Below, piece after piece: positions 16,996 to 24,415 of a stretch of 33,827 bases of DNA. A program made the position numbers and the translations under genes. The stretch lies in sequence record SRR31156797_764; one strand, written 5' to 3'. Within the stretch, counting starts at the first letter, position 1. Every line of letters starts with the position of its first letter. The notes below the pieces were generated by a model that was not told the DNA's origin, did not search any database, and worked only from the letters and a program-made list of their open reading frames with translations.

Positions 16996-19941
16996 TTAAA
17001 CAGTTTCCAGACTAAAATTATGTACCCGTTCCATTTTACTTACTTCAATGCTTAAAAATCCGTATTCTTCCACAACGGTTCCTTCAATTGTATAACAGCC
17101 CGGTCCCCGGAAGGGATATATTTGTGCAGTGGGAGGAAAGTGAACTGTGTCTAGCCAATGGCCGTCTGTATCTATCCAAGTTCCAAAAAACATGGTTTTT
17201 CCATTGGAAGTGCGTGTTGGTTTTCGGTGAATTAAATAACCTACAATCCGAATTAGTTTGCCGATTAAAGCAGGCAGGTGGCAAGCTTTTAAAGAGGAGG
17301 GAAGCTCGTCTCTGATTAGCTCAAAAGGCGATCGGGTGGATAAGCCCAATAGCTCTATTTCGTCAAAAGCATCTTCTAAGCGATGACGCCAAAGAGCCGG
17401 AAGCTGAAACTCTTTTACTTCTGCCTGAAATAAGGTTCTTTCGGTTTTTGTTTTTTTATTGTGCCCAAGTAAAAAGTGCGCATCCCAAAGCAGTTCTTTT
17501 TTACCTATTCCTGTAAAGCGAAATGCGCCTATGCGAATAAGAATACAAAGTTGTTCCAGGCTGATAGGAACCCGTTTTACAAAGTCGCGAAGATGAAGAA
17601 AATGGCCATTCAGTCCTCTTTCATTTAAAAAAGCACGAACGACTTCTTTTTCAAGATTTCGCAAAAGATAGAAACCCAGAAATATAGTATTGCCTTGAAT
17701 TGTATTTTCCCAAAAACAGCGGTTAACACAAGGAACCTCTATTTTAGCTCCGTTCATTACAGCTTCGTGCAAATAAAGCTGAGGTGCATAAAAACCCCCG
17801 CCATTATTTAGTGTGGCCACCATATATTCCAGCGGGTAGTAGGCTTTAAGATAAAGCGCCTGAAAGCTTTCTACGGCATAGCTGGCCGAGTGACCTTTGG
17901 CAAAGGCGTAGTTGGCAAAGCTTTCTATTTGTCGCCAAATATCCTGAATCACATTCTCGGCGTAGCCTTTTTCTTTACAGTTAGAAAAAAACTTATTGCG
18001 AACTTTCCAAAACTCGTTTCGTTGTTTAAATTTCCACGACATACCTCTGCGAAGTACATCGGCTTCGTCCAGTTTTAAACCGGCAAAGTAGTGCGCCACT
18101 TTAATCACATCTTCCTGATACACCATGACCCCATAGGTTTCTTCTAATATTTCGTACAAGGCCGGCAAGGCTTTTTGTGCTTCGGCACGTTTTTCTTCGT
18201 TTTGAAAACGAATAATATATTCGCGCATCATACCACTTTTGGCTACACCGGGTCGAATAATGGAACTGGCAGCCACCAGGCGTTTATAATCCTCGGCTTT
18301 AAGCTTGGTAAGCAACATACGCATGGCAGGCGATTCTATATAAAAACAACCAATGGCTTCTCCTTTTTTAAGCATCTTCTTCACCTTGGGATCTTCCATA
18401 AAAAGCCGGGTATTGTTAATATCTATATCAATTCCATGGTTCTCTTTAATGATGCTTAGCGTATCTTTTATTTTACCTAATCCTCTTTGACTCAGAATAT
18501 CGAACTTGTGTAAGCCTAAATCTTCCGCAATGTACATATCAAACTGGGTAGAAGGGAAGCCTTTGGGCAATAGTTCGGTGGCAGAATAACGGCTAATAGG
18601 CTCTTCGGAAATAAGAATACCACTGGCATGAATACTGGTGTGGCTGGGAAAATTAATAATATACTGGCTGTATTGAATAACCCATTTGCCGTATTCATCT
18701 GCTTGATCGGGATTAGGGTTTTTCTGTAAGCGGGCAATTTCTTCTTCGGGTAAACCAAACACTTTGCCTATCTCCCTGAAGGCTGATTTGTGGTTAAAAG
18801 TGATAAAGGTTCCGAGTAGGACAGTATGCTCCCAGCCGTACTTGTCGAACAGGTAGCGGGTTACATCTTCGCGGTCGGTCCACGAAAAATCAATATCAAA
18901 ATCGGGAGGAGAGGTTCGGTATGGATTGATAAAACGCTCAAAATATAAATCCAGCTCTACCGGATCTACATTGGTAATGCGCAAAAGATAAGCTACCAGA
19001 CTGTTGGCGCCACTTCCCCGGCCTACATGATAATAACCCTTTCGGAGTGCATACTGAACTAAATCAAAATTGATAAGAAAGTAAGCACAGAAGTTAAGCT
19101 CTCGTATCACGGACAATTCTTTGTTTAAGCGGGCTATAATTTCATCGGTTACTTTATCATACCGGTATTTTAAACCCTTGTATGCTTCGGCTTTTAGAAG
19201 TTTGAAATCTTCTTCCTTAGAACGGGTAAATATCTGTTTGTTTTTATTGCTGTTGAACTCAAATTCTATTTTACACGAATCCAGTAAATCTTGCGTATTT
19301 TTAATGATCTCGGGATAGTTTTCGTAGATAGAAAGCAGCTCTACATGTGTTATATATTGGTCCTCGAAGCTGGCTTGCTCTTTTGTATCGAGTTTACTCA
19401 ATAGTGTGTTTTTATCGATGGCACGTAACAAGCGATGGATATTGTAATCGCGCTTATGGCGAAAAGTAGCTGTTTGTAGTATGACCAGTTTACCCAAATG
19501 TTGCTTCCAGGGATTAAAAGGCAGCGTTCTTAAATCTTGCGGACGAATACCTATAAACTCATTGTCTTCTAAATCCCGTAGTTCTGCCTGAAAAGGATAA
19601 ATCACAAAAACATTTTCAAAGTCAGGTGCTTTGGACGGAAATTTAGTATTGTGGTGTAGATGAGGATTTAGAAATTCATTGATTTCCTTAAATCCATCAA
19701 GGTTTTGGGCAAGAGCTACAAACTGTTGCTGAACTCCGTTCCGTATATCGGCTCCAACAATTGGTTTTATATGGCATTCGGGAGCCTGTGTTAGTCGTAC
19801 AAATTCGAGACTGACAGCAGTGTTATTAATATCAGTCAGAGCCATAACGGTATGCCCACCCTCTGATGCAACTTTTAAAACATCTTCTACCGAAAGCGTT
19901 CCGTATTTAAAACTATAATATGAATGACAATTTAAAAGCAT
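16996..19941 (-). CDS. dnaE2: Error-prone DNA polymerase III alpha subunit (DnaE2-like)
   Basis: PHP start LNCHSYYSF..ALTDINN; GRGSGANSLVAY, FERFINP.R..PPDFDIDF, KFDIL, YQEDVI, YAFAKGHSASYA; ends after the OB fold without the tail of replicative DnaE; co-oriented downstream of dinB. Confidence 0.92.
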   Translation of the reverse strand: MLLNCHSYYSFKYGTLSVEDVLKVASEGGHTVMALTDINNTAVSLEFVRLTQAPECHIKPIVGADIRNGVQQQFVALAQNLDGFKEINEFLNPHLHHNTKFPSKAPDFENVFVIYPFQAELRDLEDNEFIGIRPQDLRTLPFNPWKQHLGKLVILQTATFRHKRDYNIHRLLRAIDKNTLLSKLDTKEQASFEDQYITHVELLSIYENYPEIIKNTQDLLDSCKIEFEFNSNKNKQIFTRSKEEDFKLLKAEAYKGLKYRYDKVTDEIIARLNKELSVIRELNFCAYFLINFDLVQYALRKGYYHVGRGSGANSLVAYLLRITNVDPVELDLYFERFINPYRTSPPDFDIDFSWTDREDVTRYLFDKYGWEHTVLLGTFITFNHKSAFREIGKVFGLPEEEIARLQKNPNPDQADEYGKWVIQYSQYIINFPSHTSIHASGILISEEPISRYSATELLPKGFPSTQFDMYIAEDLGLHKFDILSQRGLGKIKDTLSIIKENHGIDIDINNTRLFMEDPKVKKMLKKGEAIGCFYIESPAMRMLLTKLKAEDYKRLVAASSIIRPGVAKSGMMREYIIRFQNEEKRAEAQKALPALYEILEETYGVMVYQEDVIKVAHYFAGLKLDEADVLRRGMSWKFKQRNEFWKVRNKFFSNCKEKGYAENVIQDIWRQIESFANYAFAKGHSASYAVESFQALYLKAYYPLEYMVATLNNGGGFYAPQLYLHEAVMNGAKIEVPCVNRCFWENTIQGNTIFLGFYLLRNLEKEVVRAFLNERGLNGHFLHLRDFVKRVPISLEQLCILIRIGAFRFTGIGKKELLWDAHFLLGHNKKTKTERTLFQAEVKEFQLPALWRHRLEDAFDEIELLGLSTRSPFELIRDELPSSLKACHLPALIGKLIRIVGYLIHRKPTRTSNGKTMFFGTWIDTDGHWLDTVHFPPTAQIYPFRGPGCYTIEGTVVEEYGFLSIEVSKMERVHNFSLETV

Positions 19942-20113
19942 TATCTGTTTGTCAGCTAAATATTAATAACCATAAAAACCGTTCAAATAGCACTTAGTTA
20001 TTGGCATGTTATATAAGAGAGTAAGAAAAACCATTCTCCCCTTCAACCTTATCACCACCTACCCACTTAACGAATAAACTATTGACTATTTAACCAATCA
20101 ACCATTCACTAAC

Positions 20114-21328
20114 CTACCGATGACTAAGAACCGGCAATATTGGTTTTTGTCCGTTAAATGGGTTTGTGCCACCAATACCTTTTACCTCCATGCCAACCGC
20201 ACGTACCAGCGAGTTTTTACCATATTTATTTCGTACTTTATCCATTGCCTGATATAATTTGATAATCTTTTCAGAATCCTCGAATAACCTTATTTGATAG
20301 CTTCCCGAAACTAAGTTGCTCAGTCGAACACCTATTAAGCGAATCAGTACTCTTCGGTTGTACATTTTATCGAACAAATCCAATACAGTATTAATAATAG
20401 TATGATCGAGTGATGTGTATGGAATACGCTTTTGTTTGGTGTAGGTCTGAAAATCGGAATATCTTATTTTAAGGGTAATGCAAGCCGTTAATTTATTTCC
20501 GTTGCGCAACTGATACGCTAAGTTTTCGGCCATAGCAATTAATATGCTGCGTAATTTAATGACATCGGTCGTATCCTTTTCAAAAGTTCGCTCGGTAGAA
20601 ATAGATTTGCGCTCATGCCAGGCAATCACAGGCGTATTGTCTATGCCATGCGCTTTTTTCCAGATGATGGTGCCATTTTTTCCTAATACACGTTCCATGA
20701 GTTCTATGGGCATTTCCTGAACGGTCTTTACTTTTTCTATTCCCAGGCTACGAAGCTTTTGGTAAGTTTTTTCGCCCACCATCGGAATTTTTTTGATAGA
20801 AAGCGGTGCCAAAAAAGACATTTCGTTGCCAGTAAGAATTTGAATATGGTTATTAGGTTTGGCTTCGCCGGTTCCTACTTTTGAAACTGTTTTACTGGTC
20901 GAGAGTCCAAAGGAAATAGGCAAGCGGGTTTGATGTATAATTTCTTCTCTGAGTTCTTTGGCCCATTGGTAACTGGCCTGAACAAAGCGATCCATTCCGG
21001 TAATATCTACATAAAATTCATCAATAGAAGCTTTTTCGAATAAAGGAGAGCGTTCCTTAATAATGTGGGTGACCATATCGGAGAACTCGGTGTAAACGCC
21101 ACTACTGCCTCTAATAACAACAGCATCGGGACAAAGCATTTTGGCCATCTTCATGGGCATGGCCGAATGGATACCATAAGTACGCGCTTCGTAACTACAG
21201 GCAGCTACCACGCCTCTGTCTGTTGTTCCGCCAATCAGCACTGGCCTGTTGTTTAATTTACTGTCCAACAACCTCTCACAAGACACAAAGAAGGTGTCTA
21301 AATCCAAATGTAAAATAGTTTTATTCAT
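20114..21328 (-). CDS. dinB: DNA polymerase IV (Y-family)
   Basis: ILHLDLDTFFVSCE, RGVVAACSYEAR.YGIHSAMP, ASIDEFY, EAKPN, IPMVGEK, RKSISTERTF and clamp-binding motif QIRLF. ATG 21328 preferred over TTG 21349. Confidence 0.96.
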   Translation of the reverse strand: MNKTILHLDLDTFFVSCERLLDSKLNNRPVLIGGTTDRGVVAACSYEARTYGIHSAMPMKMAKMLCPDAVVIRGSSGVYTEFSDMVTHIIKERSPLFEKASIDEFYVDITGMDRFVQASYQWAKELREEIIHQTRLPISFGLSTSKTVSKVGTGEAKPNNHIQILTGNEMSFLAPLSIKKIPMVGEKTYQKLRSLGIEKVKTVQEMPIELMERVLGKNGTIIWKKAHGIDNTPVIAWHERKSISTERTFEKDTTDVIKLRSILIAMAENLAYQLRNGNKLTACITLKIRYSDFQTYTKQKRIPYTSLDHTIINTVLDLFDKMYNRRVLIRLIGVRLSNLVSGSYQIRLFEDSEKIIKLYQAMDKVRNKYGKNSLVRAVGMEVKGIGGTNPFNGQKPILPVLSHR

Positions 21329-21334
21329 TAATGT

Positions 21335-21342
21335 CGAATATA
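21335..21342 (-). promoter_or_regulatory. Candidate -7 promoter box for dinB (near-leaderless)
   Basis: Minus strand TATATTCG, one mismatch from the Bacteroidota TAnnTTTG consensus, 6 nt before the dinB ATG. Confidence 0.5.
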
Positions 21343-21354
21343 TCGTCAATAATA

Positions 21355-21371
21355 TGACTATAATATAGTCA
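21355..21371. promoter_or_regulatory. Palindromic operator candidate for the LexA-like repressor
   Basis: Perfect 8-1-8 palindrome TGACTATA-A-TATAGTCA between divergent dinB and repressor genes, flanked by a minus-strand -7 box (21335-21342) and a plus-strand TACATTTG box (21380-21387). Confidence 0.65.
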
Positions 21372-21486
21372 AAATTTATTACATTTGGGATGAAGAAGAG
21401 AGTGATTTTAGGTGATATTTTTCTTACCTAAAGGCATTCTGTTTAGTCTTAATGATTTAGAGTTTTACCTTAGTAAAGTATTTAAA

Positions 21487-22197
21487 ATGCATTTTCCTGA
21501 GAATATTAAATTTTTACGCAAACGAAGAAAATTGTCGCAGGCAGATTTAGCGGCACAACTCGAACTTACCCGTACTACACTTGCCGGGTACGAAAAAAAT
21601 ATACAACCGCCTTTTAAAGTGTTGATTCGTTTTGCTGAGTTTTTTAATATATCGATAGATGCTTTGCTTCGATACGATTTGCAGGTGTTATCCGAGTTTC
21701 AACTTTCGCAGATAGAAGATGGTTTTGATATTGATGTAACGGGTAAAAAGTTACGATTATTGACGATTTCGGTAGATAAAGAAGGGCAGGAAAACATAGA
21801 GATGGTTCCTGTAAAAGCACAGGCAGGTTATACCAATAGCTATGGCGATTTGGATTTTATTGGATCACAGGATAAATTCTCATTGCCTTTTTTACCTAAA
21901 GATAAGACTTACCGTACTTTTCAAATCCAGGGCGATTCTATGCTTCCCGTTCCTGAAGGATCATGGGTAACTTGTTCCTATATTCAGGACTGGACGACGA
22001 TCAAAAATGGAACACCTTGCATTGTTGTTACTTTAGATGAGGGTATCGTTTTTAAATTGGTATACAAACAGATTGAAGAAAAACGTAGTTTGCAATTGGT
22101 ATCTACCAATCGAAATTATAAACCCTATGAACTTCCGTTAAATAAGATCGTGGAAATATGGAAGTTTGAAACCTATAACAGGTTTAAAGTGGAGTAA
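21487..22197 (+). CDS. XRE-HTH / S24 peptidase repressor (non-canonical LexA / CI-like SOS regulator of Bacteroidota)
   Basis: HTH NIKFLRKRRKLSQADLAAQLELTRTTLAGYE; self-cleavage site KAQAGY; catalytic Ser in FQIQGDSMLP and Lys in GIVFK; divergent from dinB-dnaE2. ATG 21487 preferred over GTG 21412. Confidence 0.9.
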   Translation: MHFPENIKFLRKRRKLSQADLAAQLELTRTTLAGYEKNIQPPFKVLIRFAEFFNISIDALLRYDLQVLSEFQLSQIEDGFDIDVTGKKLRLLTISVDKEGQENIEMVPVKAQAGYTNSYGDLDFIGSQDKFSLPFLPKDKTYRTFQIQGDSMLPVPEGSWVTCSYIQDWTTIKNGTPCIVVTLDEGIVFKLVYKQIEEKRSLQLVSTNRNYKPYELPLNKIVEIWKFETYNRFKVE

Positions 22198-22293
22198 GGG
22201 AAGGTGTTGTTGTTAAATATTCTAGGTGTAGAAAGTTGGAGTGATTAATTAATAAATTCAAATGTAGAAGAATATGGTATAGTTTGAGATGTT

Positions 22294-22391
22294 TATATGT
22301 ATATGCATATAAAATGTTTAGAATTTTTTATGTTATATGTAAAAGCATATATTTATTGCTATATTTGAATCATTATATTTAAATACATATA
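22294..22391 (+). promoter_or_regulatory. hipBST promoter with three 18-bp palindromic operator candidates
   Basis: TATATG-N6-CATATA at 22294-22311 and 22334-22351 and TATATT-N6-CATATA at 22374-22391 (exact 40-bp spacing); -7 box TATATTTG at 22360-22367. Confidence 0.75.
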
Positions 22392-22613
22392 ATGAAAAAG
22401 CTAGCAGAATTTGTAAGGCAAAGAAGAAAAGAGGTTAATTTGACCCAGGAAGAATTCGCAGATAGGGCAGGGGTGGCTTTAACGGTAATCAGAAAAATTG
22501 AACAGGGCAAAAGTAATTTAAATCTAGATAAGGTTAATCAGGTATTAGCTATGTTTGGACATGAACTTGCTCCAGTTAATTCCAAAGAATTTGATAAAAC
22601 AAATGATGTATGA
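22392..22613 (+). CDS. hipB: HipB-like XRE HTH regulator (y4mF-type) of a tripartite HipBST module
   Basis: FVRQRRKEVNLTQEEFADRAGVALTVIRKIEQGK..LDKVNQVLAMFG; ATGA overlap with the next gene. Confidence 0.88.
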   Translation: MKKLAEFVRQRRKEVNLTQEEFADRAGVALTVIRKIEQGKSNLNLDKVNQVLAMFGHELAPVNSKEFDKTNDV

Positions 22614-22942
22614 GAAAAGCAAAAGTATTATACAATGAAAAACTTGCAGGGGTTCTTACCGAAACCAATGATGGAGATTACCTATTTGTGTACGATAAAG
22701 AATATATAACTAATTATTCAGATCAATTTTTAACTTTTACAATGCCTGTTAGAGACAAGGAATATGAATCAAACAGACTTTTCCCTTTTTTTGAAGGACT
22801 AATTCCTGAAGGTTGGCTTCTGGAAATAGCCTCAAAAAGTTGGAAGATTAATAAAAATGATAGAATGGGACTTTTATTGGCTTGTTGTAAGAACTGTATT
22901 GGAGCAGTAAGTATAGAACAAATAGTTGAAGAAGATGCATAA
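22610..22942 (+). CDS. hipS: Stand-alone HipA N-terminal domain protein (HipS-like antitoxin)
   Basis: MRKAKV....LAGVLTE....YLFVYD..Y, LTFTMPVR..Y....LFPFFEGLIPEGWLL, DRMGLLL.....IGAVSI. Confidence 0.9.
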   Translation: MRKAKVLYNEKLAGVLTETNDGDYLFVYDKEYITNYSDQFLTFTMPVRDKEYESNRLFPFFEGLIPEGWLLEIASKSWKINKNDRMGLLLACCKNCIGAVSIEQIVEEDA

Positions 22943-23873
22943 AAGATGTTTGTATTGTTATAAGGAAGTGAAAAGTGATATGGACTTTCATGAATCGTGC
23001 AGTAAGAGTTTCTTTGGGAAAGATATAGCTCCGGTTCTGCCATACACATTGGATAATATGTCGGAATTAGCTAAAAATGTTGTTGAACGTAGCGTTGCGG
23101 TTCCTGGTGTTCAGCCAAAACTTTCAATGGGGTTAATTGAAGACGCAAAAAACAATGTTGATACACGATTGACAGTTATTGGTGCTTTGGGAGGTAATTA
23201 TATCTTTAAACCTGCATCAGAGGATTATCCGGAAATGCCAGCCAACGAACATTTGACAATGCGTATTGCTGAAGCCTTTAGTATAAACGTAGTACCGTCA
23301 AGTTTGATTAGACTTCAATCAGGAGAACTGTGTTACATTACCAAACGAATTGATCGTACAGCAAGCAATGATAAGCTACATATGTTGGATATGTTTCAAA
23401 TTACCGAAGCCTTTGATAAATATAAAGGTTCAATGGAAAAAATAGGTAAAGCACTTGGTGAGTACTCTGCGAATCCTTTATTGGATAAGTTGTATTTGTT
23501 TGAACTAACACTATTTAGTTACCTTACTGGGAACAATGACATGCACCTTAAAAATTTTTCAATGTTATTATCCAATGGTAAATGGACGTTAGCTCCAGCA
23601 TATGATTTATTAAATGTATCTATTGTATTACCTGAAGATGATGAAGAATTGGCATTGACTTTAGGAGGCAAAAAGAAAAAGTTATCAAAAGCTTCATTTG
23701 ATACCTTCGGTGAAAAAATGGGTTTAAATAATAAACAAGTTGCTGGAGTATATAAGCGTTTTATTAAGAATAAAACAATCGCTGTTAACTGGATAAAAGA
23801 TTCATTTCTTTCTGAGGATATGCAGAAGAGTTATACAGAATTGTTGGAGAAAAGGTTTTCTAAGATTATTTAA
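22935..23873 (+). CDS. hipT: HipA-family Ser/Thr kinase toxin lacking the N-terminal subdomain (HipT-like)
   Basis: Gly-rich loop VPGVQPKLS, YIFKP, PANEHLTM, YITKRIDR, catalytic GNNDMHLKNFS, LAPAYDLL. ATG 22935 (8-nt overlap with hipS) preferred over TTG 22926. Confidence 0.92.
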   Translation: MHKRCLYCYKEVKSDMDFHESCSKSFFGKDIAPVLPYTLDNMSELAKNVVERSVAVPGVQPKLSMGLIEDAKNNVDTRLTVIGALGGNYIFKPASEDYPEMPANEHLTMRIAEAFSINVVPSSLIRLQSGELCYITKRIDRTASNDKLHMLDMFQITEAFDKYKGSMEKIGKALGEYSANPLLDKLYLFELTLFSYLTGNNDMHLKNFSMLLSNGKWTLAPAYDLLNVSIVLPEDDEELALTLGGKKKKLSKASFDTFGEKMGLNNKQVAGVYKRFIKNKTIAVNWIKDSFLSEDMQKSYTELLEKRFSKII

Positions 23874-23894
23874 ATAAACAATATCCTAGTTTTC

Positions 23895-24236
23895 CTATTT
23901 ATACAGCAAAGCACAATTGTTAGCCAATTTGCTGATCTTTTTTCTTAACGACAGTGGCGAGATTACTTCCATAGATGGGCCAAAACCTAATATTAATCGT
24001 TCCAATTCAAAATTAGGAACTACTTTAATGGATATGATTACACCATTTTCTTTTTCTTCCAGAATTCTTTGTGACCAGTGCAGAGGTTTTGTAATAACGT
24101 AGGGTTTATTGTCATTATTAATAAAGAGCTTAATGATCCGAGGTAACAGACCAGCGTTAATGGTAACCCCTATTACATTCTCATAATAAGTAACGGGATC
24201 AAATGTCAGGTCATCTTTAAAAGGGATTTTTTGCAT
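23895..24236 (-). pseudogene. C-terminal (WCX) portion of a WYL-domain transcriptional regulator; truncated remnant or stand-alone mini-protein
   Basis: FDPVTYYENVIGVT..PYVITKPLHWSQ..VVPNFELERLILGFG..MEVISPLSLRKKI resembles the tail of Bacteroidota HTH-WYL-WCX proteins; an in-frame TAA 8 codons upstream excludes the HTH and WYL parts. Confidence 0.75.
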
Positions 24237-24241
24237 TACAT

Positions 24242-24249
24242 CAAAGGTA
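24242..24249 (-). promoter_or_regulatory. -7 promoter box for the WCX ORF
   Basis: Minus strand TACCTTTG, a perfect TAnnTTTG match, 5 nt before the ATG at 24236. Confidence 0.6.
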
Positions 24250-24324
24250 GTTATTGTTTAACCGAATAAGTTAAGCAGACTTTTCATACTCCTGTTAAGA
24301 CATAAAATTCGTCCCAAAATACGA

Positions 24325-24343
24325 TGTCACGCTTTTGTCACGC
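24325..24343 (+). repeat. Direct repeat TGTCACGC-TTT-TGTCACGC (11-bp period), candidate regulator-binding site
   Basis: Two perfect GC-rich 8-mers at 24325-24332 and 24336-24343 in an AT-rich intergenic region, about 70 bp upstream of the protease-nuclease gene. Confidence 0.6.
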
Positions 24344-24415
24344 CAGCTTTATTGACATTGGTATATTTTAGTTTTAATATGCTAGGTAAAATATTTATTT
24401 AAAACATATTAAATT

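Noticed and set aside
20083-20100. TGACTA half-site between dinB and dnaE2 as a second SOS box
   Set aside because: The second half (CAATCA) is mismatched and mis-spaced relative to the 21355 palindrome.
22294-22391. 40-bp periodic repeats as a mini CRISPR array
   Set aside because: Repeats are only 18 bp, degenerate in the centre, overlap a promoter and have no cas genes; better explained as operators.
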